The notes under the pieces are model-generated. The model was not told the origin of the DNA. It worked only from the letters and a program-made list of their open reading frames with translations, and ran no database searches. This document shows positions 1 through 8,249 of a stretch of DNA of 64,000 bases, piece after piece (the first letter of the stretch is position 1; each line of letters opens with the position of its first letter). The DNA lies in the IMG/VR virus record IMGVR_UViG_3300010885_076238, positions 62,001 to 126,000 of that record; one strand, written 5' to 3'. The translations under genes were made by a program, and so were the position numbers.

Positions 1-2
1 AT

Positions 3-239
3 CACAAGTGTCATCCTGATAATCTTAGCGAAAAAGACGCTGTAGCCGCTTGTTGCAACACTTGGGGTGAATACAAGCCTTTATTTCACTACTCAGAAAG
101 CAAAGAAGGCAAAAATCCACGCGCCCACGCAGATTATGCCATTAATAAATTTGACAACTACGGATTTGATTTTGATATTGACTTTGAATTGAAAATGAAA
201 GACCAAGCCATAGCAAAATATTTGCAAGAAGTAGCATGA
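3..239 (+). CDS. uvsE: UV-damage endonuclease (UvsE/UVDE family), 3' end only
   Basis: Absent from ORF track (runs off left edge). Frame 3 reads ...NTWGEYKPLFHYSESKEGKNPRAHADY...DIDFELKMKDQAI...*, matching UvsE C-terminal TW/P-H-S/RAHAD/E-x-K-x-K motifs. Stop overlaps the next ATG (ATGA). Confidence 0.8.
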   Translation, partial: HKCHPDNLSEKDAVAACCNTWGEYKPLFHYSESKEGKNPRAHADYAINKFDNYGFDFDIDFELKMKDQAIAKYLQEVA

Positions 240-1204
240 TTGATTTATTAGAAAAATACCACGATCAAAAATTACTAATTAAACAGAGCCACCCTACTCT
301 TCCTTTAATTATTTGGAATTATTCTCCAAAAGTTCAATATGATCGGCTATGGAACGAAACAACCCTCATGTGCCGAGCTTTGGTTACTGATCAAGAAGGC
401 AATATAGTAGCTAGAAGCTTCAATAAATTTTTTAATTTAGAAGAAGAAAAGCAAATACCAAACGAGCCTTATGAAATTTATGAAAAATTAGACGGATCAT
501 TAATTGTTCTTTTCTGGTACAAAGACGAATTGATTGTATCTTCTAAAGGATCATTCATTAGTGATCATGCTTTGCAAGCTAAAAGGTTATTGAATAATTA
601 TGATTTATCCTGTTTAGATTCTACGAAAACTTATTGTTTTGAACTTGTGGCTCCTTGGAATCGAATAGTTTGCTCTTATCCTAAAGAAGAATTGTTTTTA
701 TTAGCTAAATTCGACAATTCTGGAAAAGAATACCCAATAGACACTTACACGAACTTTCCTTTTGTTAAAAAATATAATTCTTTAGATATTAATAAAATAA
801 AAGAAACTATAACCGACGATAGAGAAGGTGTGGTTGTTCGTTTTGATTCTGGGAAAAGAATTAAAATAAAAGGAAGCGAATATGTCAGATTGCACAAACT
901 GGTTACTGGGCTATCTGAAAGTTCTATTTTAGAACTATTAAAAAATAATCAATCCGTCGAATCCATATTAGACAAAGTTCCTGACGAATTCTATCAGTGG
1001 GCCAAAAGTGTCGAACAAAAATTTAAATTTGAATTTAATGAAATATTAAATGAGTGTAAAAATTCCTACAAGGAAATGGGAACCAGAAAAGAAACTGCCT
1101 TGTATTTTTTGAGTCAAAAATATCCTCAAATTTTATTTGCTTTGCTTGATAAAAAGGAAACAAATGATATAATTTGGAAAATAGTTGAGAAAAATCATGC
1201 TTGA
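236..1204 (+). CDS. rnlA: RNA ligase, T4 Rnl1-like
   Basis: Nucleotidyltransferase motifs EKLDGS (I), CFEL (IIIa), EGVVV (IV), KIKGSEY (V); N-terminal IWNYS / CRALV / RSFNKFFN typical of Rnl1. Confidence 0.9.
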   Translation: MIDLLEKYHDQKLLIKQSHPTLPLIIWNYSPKVQYDRLWNETTLMCRALVTDQEGNIVARSFNKFFNLEEEKQIPNEPYEIYEKLDGSLIVLFWYKDELIVSSKGSFISDHALQAKRLLNNYDLSCLDSTKTYCFELVAPWNRIVCSYPKEELFLLAKFDNSGKEYPIDTYTNFPFVKKYNSLDINKIKETITDDREGVVVRFDSGKRIKIKGSEYVRLHKLVTGLSESSILELLKNNQSVESILDKVPDEFYQWAKSVEQKFKFEFNEILNECKNSYKEMGTRKETALYFLSQKYPQILFALLDKKETNDIIWKIVEKNHA

Positions 1205-1472
1205 ACACAGAGAAAGTTGCGGACATACTGAAGGGGGTTGGTGTTCTTATTGTATTGAGTTGTGGAAAGAAGCATATTATAAAGGCAAAAAAGATGGAGT
1301 AGTTGGGAAAAAAGCGTTCATGTGCGTTACAGATTATGAGTATGATCTAGAATCAGCAAGTGGTGGCTGTAGGATTTATCCAAGTGAAACAGACTTGAAA
1401 AAGCATTCCAAGTGCTGGGCAGAGTGCGGAATAGTTGAAGTTGAAGTAACACTAAAGAAAGAAGAGTCATGA
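1197..1472 (+). CDS. hypothetical protein
   Basis: ORF in operon, overlaps neighbours; ATG 1197 preferred over 1185. Confidence 0.65.
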   Translation: MLEHRESCGHTEGGWCSYCIELWKEAYYKGKKDGVVGKKAFMCVTDYEYDLESASGGCRIYPSETDLKKHSKCWAECGIVEVEVTLKKEES

Positions 1473-1933
1473 AAGAAGAACTTGAGCAAAAATTATTTGA
1501 TAAATATCCTTATTTATTTGAAAATCGTCATAAGTCCATTCAAGAAAGCTGTATGGCTTGGGGAATTGAATTTTCCGATGGGTGGTTTGATATTATTAAT
1601 AATTTGTGTTTTGAAGTAGAGCAATATGAAAAAGAAGTCGCAAATGAAAAGTCTTCAAGATATAACAAGGATTACCAAAAGGTAAAATTTGATCAAACTA
1701 AAGAAAAATTTGGCGGGCTTAGAGTTTATTATTCTGGCGGGGACGAATACGTCAGAGGACTAATCAACATGGCAGAAGCAATGAGTTATTCTACTTGTGA
1801 AAATTGTGGAAATAAAGGCAAGCCCAATGAAGGTGGTTGGATATCAACTCTTTGTGAAAATTGTAGAACCAAGGCAAGACTAGATTCTTTGCAAAAATTA
1901 TCAGACTCGGATCAGGAATTGGGATTCGTATGA
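1469..1933 (+). CDS. hypothetical phage protein with two C-terminal CxxC pairs
   Basis: GWFDII, QTKEKFGGLRVY, CENC...CENC; ATGA overlaps at both ends. Confidence 0.75.
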   Translation: MKEELEQKLFDKYPYLFENRHKSIQESCMAWGIEFSDGWFDIINNLCFEVEQYEKEVANEKSSRYNKDYQKVKFDQTKEKFGGLRVYYSGGDEYVRGLINMAEAMSYSTCENCGNKGKPNEGGWISTLCENCRTKARLDSLQKLSDSDQELGFV

Positions 1934-2382
1934 AATATCACACCAGCCCAGAAAGATTCAGCTTTCTGAAAAACAATAAAGAAAATGACTTGTCTTTAAC
2001 TCCTGAACAAAAACAAGAATGGGCAAGTTATGTTGAGCAATGTCGTGCTAATGACAGCATTCCAAACACAACTCAGCCATGTTTGGAACATGATTTGAGA
2101 TATTCTGAAACTATCGCCAATAAATGCAAGAATTCAGACAGCTACAGTCAAAATTTGTACGCAGCATTGTGCAACAATGAGTTTGTTAAGAATGATGTAA
2201 ACTGGCATTGTTCTTGGCGACATTCGGGCGGTATTGTTTCTAATTTAAGAGAGGAAGGCGACTATATTGATTGGTACTGTAGTGGAATTCATGTCGAATC
2301 TCCTTTTGTTGAAGAAGGAAGCATTACCGAAGAAGTTCGTAAAGATTTAGAAAATTTAGGCTGGATAGCAAAAAATGAATAG
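1930..2382 (+). CDS. hypothetical phage protein
   Basis: SWRHSGGIVSNLR...DYIDWYCSG block; coupled ORF. Confidence 0.75.
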   Translation: MKYHTSPERFSFLKNNKENDLSLTPEQKQEWASYVEQCRANDSIPNTTQPCLEHDLRYSETIANKCKNSDSYSQNLYAALCNNEFVKNDVNWHCSWRHSGGIVSNLREEGDYIDWYCSGIHVESPFVEEGSITEEVRKDLENLGWIAKNE

Positions 2383-2713
2383 GCGCGACTTACTACAGTG
2401 GATTACAGGACTTTTGGCCGGAACTTTGGCCGGAACTGAACCAAAGACCATATCTACCCCCAAAACGCTTCCTATGCCCAAAGATGCGGGGTTTAACGGT
2501 TCGTTCATGCTCTATAGGAACAAGTGGACATCAGGATATAATGTAAAATTGGCCAGATGTTTGGCCGTTAACCCAAATAGATTTAAAATACCCCCAAATC
2601 AAATGGTCGTGTGGCAATCCGAAGACAAATCCATAGAAAAATTAGTGTATCGAAACAACGAAGGAAAATTATTTTCCTTAGAATTCGCCCCAATGGAAGA
2701 AACTATGATTTAG
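2375..2713 (+). CDS. hypothetical protein with twin-arginine-like N-terminus
   Basis: MNRRDLL followed by a hydrophobic stretch WITGLLAGTLA. Confidence 0.65.
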   Translation: MNRRDLLQWITGLLAGTLAGTEPKTISTPKTLPMPKDAGFNGSFMLYRNKWTSGYNVKLARCLAVNPNRFKIPPNQMVVWQSEDKSIEKLVYRNNEGKLFSLEFAPMEETMI

Positions 2714-2909
2714 CTTTCGATTCGGCCTCAGTTTTTAATTTCTCTAACTCGGACTTCAACTTTTTTACTTCTGCTCTTAGTCCTGCCGCTTCGCTTTCTA
2801 ATTTATTAATGGCATTAATAATTCGGTAAATTTGTGAACTTTTTTCTTGTTCGTAGGTGTTAGCTGCCAATCTCTTTAGTTCCATCATGTCATCATTTGA
2901 AAGGTACAT
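2703..2909 (-). CDS. hypothetical coiled-coil protein
   Basis: AGGAG RBS upstream on minus strand; heptad-like C-terminus. Confidence 0.65.
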   Translation of the reverse strand: MYLSNDDMMELKRLAANTYEQEKSSQIYRIINAINKLESEAAGLRAEVKKLKSELEKLKTEAESKAKS

Positions 2910-2968
2910 AAAATTCTCCTGTTTGTTTATTAGAGTAATAATTATTTAAAATAACAAGAATTTGCTTA

Positions 2969-2993
2969 AATATTTTTTTGTGTCTTTCGTTAT
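2969..2993 (+). promoter_or_regulatory. phage promoter motif AATATT-N13-CGTTAT
   Basis: One of about 30 fixed-spacing copies; followed by AAGGAG and ATG 3015. Confidence 0.7.
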
Positions 2994-3014
2994 CATATCA
3001 ACCAAGGAGATAAA

Positions 3015-3221
3015 ATGAAGACATCCAAGTTGATTAGCTACATGAAAGAAAGAGCGACTTTTGAAAATGTTGGTTGGGAAATGCCCGATGAGATTCTTGA
3101 AAATTTCTTTGTTCAAAAGGGAACTAGAATCTTTTTTGGTGTGATCCTTGACGATTTGGGCAACATTCTTAAAGATCAGCAACAGCCGGAGTTTTACACT
3201 TCTTATTGTGAGAGAAATTAA
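3015..3221 (+). CDS. hypothetical protein
   Basis: AAGGAG RBS and promoter motif upstream. Confidence 0.7.
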   Translation: MKTSKLISYMKERATFENVGWEMPDEILENFFVQKGTRIFFGVILDDLGNILKDQQQPEFYTSYCERN

Positions 3222-3316
3222 ATAATGACAAGGACAAGGATATTCCTTTTTATTGTTTTTGTAATGGGTTGTGCATTTGCTTATTTGATTGATTCAAAGT
3301 AAATAGAAAGAAAAAA

Positions 3317-4591
3317 ATGTTTGAAAAGTTATCTGATCTTGTTCAAGACTTGAAGGCCACTTCATCTTCAAATTCTAAAGTTTCAATTATTAGAGATTAT
3401 TTAAAAGAAGACAAAGACCTTCAAAATATTTTTTATTATGTCTATCATCCCTTTTATCAATTTTATGTTTCAAGTGATAACTGTAAGAAAAATAAAGAAT
3501 TAAAAAATAAGCAGCATGACTGTATTTTTAAATTGTTAGATGATCTTAGAAATAGAAAAATCACTGGTCACGATGCTGTTAGTGCCATTAATGGGTATTT
3601 AGAAAATCATGATCACGTTTCGCTTGTTCATGATATCTTGGACAAAGATTTAAAAATTAGAGCTGCCGATAAATTAATTAATAAAGCAATCCCCGGATTG
3701 ATCCCGGAATTTGAGGTTGCTTTAGCTGAGAAATACACACCGGAAATTATGAATCTCAATGAAGATTGGTATGCGAGTCATAAGCTCGACGGTTGCCGCT
3801 GTGTTTGTGTAGTCGATGATTCTGGTGTGGTGAGCATCTCAAGGCAGGGGAAAATTTTTACAACCTTGGGCTTGGTTGAAGATGCCATTAAAAACTTAAA
3901 CATTAAAAATGTTGTTTTTGACGGAGAGATTTGTCTACTTGATGAAAACGGAAAAGAAAGCTTTCAAGGAATAATGAAGCTTATTCGCAAGAAAGATCAT
4001 GTTATTCAAAACCCTGTTTATAAAATTTTTGATTTGCTAACTACAGGAGAATTTTATAATAAGAAAAGTGAAAGAAAACTATCTGATCGACTTGAATTTC
4101 TCAAGAGTGTTATCAAGGAAGATTCAAATCCTTGTTTGACTGTTTTAGAGCAAATTAAAATTAAAAATAACGAGCATTTTGAAGAGTTAACAAAGAAAGC
4201 AACAGATAGTGGGTGGGAAGGACTAATTCTCAGAAAAGACACAGGATACGCAGGAAAGAGGAGCAAGGATTTATTGAAGTATAAAAACTTCTTTGATGCT
4301 GAGTATGTTGTTGAAGACCTTGAATTCGGCCCGTTCAGATATGTTTTTGAAAACAAGGAAAAAGAAGAGATTATGCTTAGTTGTGCAACAATCAAGCATA
4401 AAGACAATGTCGTGAGAGTGGGCAGCGGCTTTACAATTGATCAAAGAAAGCATTATTACAAAAATCCTCAGGATCTTTTGGGAAAAACAATCAATGTTCA
4501 GTATTTTGAAGAAACCTTCAATCAAGAAGGAGGAATAAGTCTCAGGTTTCCTGTTGTTAAACACATTTATGAAAATGGTAGGGATACATAA
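3317..4591 (+). CDS. lig: ATP-dependent DNA ligase
   Basis: HKLDGCRC (I), FDGEI (III), KIFD (IIIa), WEGLILRK (IV), LLKYK (V), OB-fold VGSGFT and SLRFPV. Confidence 0.95.
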   Translation: MFEKLSDLVQDLKATSSSNSKVSIIRDYLKEDKDLQNIFYYVYHPFYQFYVSSDNCKKNKELKNKQHDCIFKLLDDLRNRKITGHDAVSAINGYLENHDHVSLVHDILDKDLKIRAADKLINKAIPGLIPEFEVALAEKYTPEIMNLNEDWYASHKLDGCRCVCVVDDSGVVSISRQGKIFTTLGLVEDAIKNLNIKNVVFDGEICLLDENGKESFQGIMKLIRKKDHVIQNPVYKIFDLLTTGEFYNKKSERKLSDRLEFLKSVIKEDSNPCLTVLEQIKIKNNEHFEELTKKATDSGWEGLILRKDTGYAGKRSKDLLKYKNFFDAEYVVEDLEFGPFRYVFENKEKEEIMLSCATIKHKDNVVRVGSGFTIDQRKHYYKNPQDLLGKTINVQYFEETFNQEGGISLRFPVVKHIYENGRDT

Positions 4592-4598
4592 ATATAAC

Positions 4599-4970
4599 AT
4601 GGAAGACATTGATGACTTTTGCCAAAGAATTAGAAATTTTGTGTTCGATAGAATTAGACACACCATAGCAAAGATGCTAAATATTGATGTCAATTCTTTA
4701 GACGACGCAGATAAATATATTTCTCAAAAAGAAACAATAATGATTTTTAATGATGTCGTAGAAAATTTTGATGGAAAAATTTCTCAAAAAAAAATTGTTA
4801 AAATTTGTGAAGACATAAATAAAAGAATTTTTAGTAACATTCTCAATAAGATGTCGATTGACGGAGATTTGGATTGTGCGTGGTCAGAGGCAGATCAGTC
4901 GTTTGTTTTTAAAGTTTCACAAGAGGGTCAAAAAAAGGGATTATCTATTCCCAAGATATTTGAAAAATGA
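4599..4970 (+). CDS. hypothetical protein
   Basis: ATG 4599 after ligase stop; ATAAATA at 4588-4594. Confidence 0.7.
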   Translation: MEDIDDFCQRIRNFVFDRIRHTIAKMLNIDVNSLDDADKYISQKETIMIFNDVVENFDGKISQKKIVKICEDINKRIFSNILNKMSIDGDLDCAWSEADQSFVFKVSQEGQKKGLSIPKIFEK

Positions 4971-5072
4971 AAAAGTTTTTTATATTGCTTCGTTTTGCCT
5001 TTAGTATTATAATGATATTTTATGGAATTATGTTGATTTCTTTTTTTACCTATAAAGAAATTATAGAAAAAT

Positions 5073-5309
5073 ATGCAAACCAATTATGAAGAAAAAGCTG
5101 CCTTCAAGGCTTTTTTTGTTGCTTTTTTTGCTCTTTTACTGATTTTAACAAGTGGAATTTATTTGAACTATAAATATCCACTTGTTCCGCCAATTTCAGA
5201 TGACCCAGTAAAAGCTGCGTACGATAAAAGTTCAAACAACAAAATTGAAATCAAAATAAATCAAATTGAAAAAAGATTAGATAAATTAGAGAAACTAAAG
5301 ATTAGATAA
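5073..5309 (+). CDS. small membrane protein
   Basis: One hydrophobic helix FFVAFFALLLILTSGIYL. Confidence 0.6.
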   Translation: MQTNYEEKAAFKAFFVAFFALLLILTSGIYLNYKYPLVPPISDDPVKAAYDKSSNNKIEIKINQIEKRLDKLEKLKIR

Positions 5310-6032
5310 AGAGTTCAATCTTTTAATGGATTTTTCATAATATTCTTTTGACAATTCGCATCCTAAAAAAGTGCGATTTGTATTTTTGCAAGCGATCATA
5401 GTAGACCCAGACCCACTAAATATGTCTAAAACTTTATTTTTTTTATTTGTATATGCTTTTATTATTCTTTCCAAAATTAGAAGCGGCTTTTGTGTTGGAT
5501 GCCAATTGACATACTCTTTGGATTTTGTATGATTATTTTTTTCCCATACACAAGTGGGGATTGTTCCTCTCTCGTACGGTTCGCCAGTTCTTATATTTAT
5601 TTTTTGTTTTCTTTCAACCATAACATCATCGGAATTAAATAAAAATTTATTTCCTTTGGAATAACACCAAATGTATTCGTGTTTTCTAGCAAAATTAACT
5701 TTTGATCTTCCTCCCCAATTATACGACCAAATAATTTCATTTTGTGATTTTGCTTCTTTTATATTGTTAATTATATTTAATTTGTACTTAATAAATGTGT
5801 CTGTTTTTAGTGTTCCGAAAACAGCAAACATTCTGTTTTCTTTCAGAACTCTGAAACATTCCTTTGTCCAAACTTCACACCAATCTAGGTATTCCCCTTC
5901 GCTTTTCCATTGCGAATCCCATCCTTTTCCTCCATCGAATCCTATGAAATATGGGGGATCGGTAAGAATTAAGTCAATGGAATTTGATCTTATTTTTTTT
6001 AAATAACTAATACAATCAATGTTTTCCAGCAT
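5295..6032 (-). CDS. amino (N6A/N4C) DNA methyltransferase, beta class
   Basis: DLILTDPPY (motif IV) precedes HPTQKP and VLDIFSGSGST (motif I), the beta-class order; no cognate endonuclease adjacent. Confidence 0.92.
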   Translation of the reverse strand: MLENIDCISYLKKIRSNSIDLILTDPPYFIGFDGGKGWDSQWKSEGEYLDWCEVWTKECFRVLKENRMFAVFGTLKTDTFIKYKLNIINNIKEAKSQNEIIWSYNWGGRSKVNFARKHEYIWCYSKGNKFLFNSDDVMVERKQKINIRTGEPYERGTIPTCVWEKNNHTKSKEYVNWHPTQKPLLILERIIKAYTNKKNKVLDIFSGSGSTMIACKNTNRTFLGCELSKEYYEKSIKRLNSLSNL

Positions 6033-6050
6033 TAATTAAAGGAGTTAAAT

Positions 6051-6227
6051 ATGATTAGTTTTTCACTTAGAGAACCTATAAATTATCAAAAAATTTGCCA
6101 AGAAATTGATAGGCTATTAAAAAAAGAAATTAATAGCCAGAAACAAGCAGAATCTACGCTACTTGTTATTAAATTAATCGAAACAAAAGAAGTAGAAGAA
6201 ATTAAAAAAATAGAGTTAAACGCATAG
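6051..6227 (+). CDS. hypothetical protein (58 aa, below ORF-track cutoff)
   Basis: AAAGGAG RBS, ATG 6051 to TAG 6227. Confidence 0.55.
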   Translation: MISFSLREPINYQKICQEIDRLLKKEINSQKQAESTLLVIKLIETKEVEEIKKIELNA

Positions 6228-6302
6228 CCGCACAAAATAAATCTTGATTTTAATTAAATTTTATTTATTACCAAGCGTTATGATGGTAGGGAGTATAAAT
6301 TT

Positions 6303-6938
6303 ATGGTTCGTTTGCCAAAGTACAAAAAAGATGCCGAAGCAGCATACAAATATGCGAAAAAAAATAATATAATTTTTTCTTCAGAGGAAGAAAACGTACT
6401 AACACAAAACCCAGAAGTAGCAATCAAATATGCTTTGAATCTTAAGAAAGAAAGACTATCTGATTTTGTTAACAAAAAGGTTTTTGAATATTATTCTTCA
6501 TTGATCAAGAAAACTCAAAAAAATAAACACTCTTCCGTCTTGCATAATTTTTTTGACTATTTGAAAATGATCAAGGACGTTCCTGATTTTTGTAAAAATG
6601 AAATTTTAGAAAATATTGACCCTGAGCTTTTATATATTTTTGCACAAATTTTAGACAACAAATTAACTGAAAAATACGAAAAAAGAATGTTTCAAAAATG
6701 CCAACAACATAATAATCTTTGGCCTTTGGTAGAATATCAATTTTACTTGAAAACAAAACTACCAGACTATATGCACAATTTTATGATAGCTAAAAATTTA
6801 GAATCGAATTGTAATTCTTCAAAAAATGCCATAGAGGCATATTTTCTAAACCTAAAAGATATTAAAAATATCTTGTTAAAAATTTCTTTGGTATTTGGAA
6901 AAGAAACCAAACTTAAAGAAATTATAGAAGAGCTATGA
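6303..6938 (+). CDS. LP-HN-M family protein (degenerate helical repeats)
   Basis: PKYKKDAEAAYKYA N-motif, KLPDYMHNFMIA, terminal TKLKEIIEEL; promoter motif at 6257-6281. Confidence 0.75.
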   Translation: MVRLPKYKKDAEAAYKYAKKNNIIFSSEEENVLTQNPEVAIKYALNLKKERLSDFVNKKVFEYYSSLIKKTQKNKHSSVLHNFFDYLKMIKDVPDFCKNEILENIDPELLYIFAQILDNKLTEKYEKRMFQKCQQHNNLWPLVEYQFYLKTKLPDYMHNFMIAKNLESNCNSSKNAIEAYFLNLKDIKNILLKISLVFGKETKLKEIIEEL

Positions 6939-7166
6939 GTATCAGTAAGAACACTCTTTTTGGTCTCGTTCTGTCTTTTCAATGAGTTCGTTGATAAACT
7001 CAAAATCGTAAACTCTTATTTTGTATTCTTCCATGATTTTGGCAATTTTTTCACTGAGTTCGTTGTTTTGCATCTTGCATTCTCCTAGGTCTTGCCTTCA
7101 TTGAAGATATCCTAGCTGATTTTAGATTGACTGTAAAGACCTGCTTTAAAAATATTAAAAAATTAA

Positions 7167-7191
7167 AATAATAATTGGCTGATTCCGTTAT
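7167..7191 (+). promoter_or_regulatory. phage promoter motif AATAAT-N13-CGTTAT
   Basis: Exact consensus, upstream of the 7266-10502 operon. Confidence 0.7.
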
Positions 7192-7265
7192 CTCTTTGTC
7201 CGCTTGCTTTACAAGTCTAATTTCTGGTCTATATTTATTCCAGCTTCACTAACAAAGGAGAAATC

Positions 7266-7454
7266 ATGAAAGTTTTTACTCTTGAAAATGTTGTTGATCG
7301 ACTCGTCAACGCAAAATCCCCGGCCCACAAAGCCCATGCTACTCGCGCACTCAAAACCTATGCTGTAATGAGAGCATTAGAGATTGGATCCACTCCATCC
7401 AGAGTAATCGCTGGGGTTCGTGCGGTTGTTACAAAGCGCAAGCAAATTGCCTAA
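7266..7454 (+). CDS. small basic hypothetical protein
   Basis: AAGGAG RBS; Lys/Arg/Ala-rich 62 aa. Confidence 0.7.
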   Translation: MKVFTLENVVDRLVNAKSPAHKAHATRALKTYAVMRALEIGSTPSRVIAGVRAVVTKRKQIA

Positions 7455-7477
7455 AAAATTAGAAAAGAAAAGCAGGG

Positions 7478-8230
7478 ATGCTTATGAAAACAATGTCGGT
7501 ATCTAGACAACCAAAATATTGTGAGTCTCCACATAAGTTTATGGCTAGAGATATAATCCCAAGCCTTTATAGACTTTTTAGTGGAAATGAATCAATTCCT
7601 GAAGGAAAACAATATTTGACTTTAGCCTCCATACAGGACAAAAGTCCTCGTAGCGAAGTTAATCAAATGGTTAATTCCGGCGTGTGTACCCGCAAACAAT
7701 TTGTAGGAATTGATAACAACAAAAAATACATCAAAAGAAATAAAAAAGCCCATCCAGAAGCAACTTTTATTTGTGAAGATTGGAATGTTTTGTTGGCAAC
7801 TAGACAATTCGATCCTGCGATTGTTTATTTGGACTCTACTCATTTCGGTGACAAATTACCAGCACTTAGAACCTTAAAGAATACGTTAGACATTTGCAAA
7901 AATGAAACATTAGTTGTTTGCAATGTTATGGAATCAAACCCCCGATCAGGATTAGGTGAGTTCCTAGATTCTAAAGTCTTACTGGAAAGCCTTCTTTATA
8001 GAGAGATTCCAGCAAAATATAAAGACTGGAACAGGAGCAGAGATTGCAAATCTTGGAGTCAGGAAGAAAACTCAAATATTTATATACCAAGCTACACATA
8101 TCAGACGGCCAAGACCTTAATGAAAAGTTATATTTTTTATAAAGGTTTTATGCCTACAGAAGAAGAAATCGAAAGTTTATTTTCTGAATTTAAAATTTGG
8201 TGTAATGATATTGAGAAAACATTTTGCTAA
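7478..8230 (+). CDS. SAM-dependent methyltransferase-like (Rossmann-fold) protein
   Basis: QFVGID (motif II-like), FICEDW (III-like), IVYLDST (IV-like); motif I is degenerate. Confidence 0.45.
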   Translation: MLMKTMSVSRQPKYCESPHKFMARDIIPSLYRLFSGNESIPEGKQYLTLASIQDKSPRSEVNQMVNSGVCTRKQFVGIDNNKKYIKRNKKAHPEATFICEDWNVLLATRQFDPAIVYLDSTHFGDKLPALRTLKNTLDICKNETLVVCNVMESNPRSGLGEFLDSKVLLESLLYREIPAKYKDWNRSRDCKSWSQEENSNIYIPSYTYQTAKTLMKSYIFYKGFMPTEEEIESLFSEFKIWCNDIEKTFC

Positions 8231-8249
8231 AAGAAAGAAGAAAGACATC

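Noticed and set aside
5295-6032. Complete restriction-modification system
   Set aside because: No endonuclease motif in flanking ORFs; orphan methyltransferases are common in large phages.
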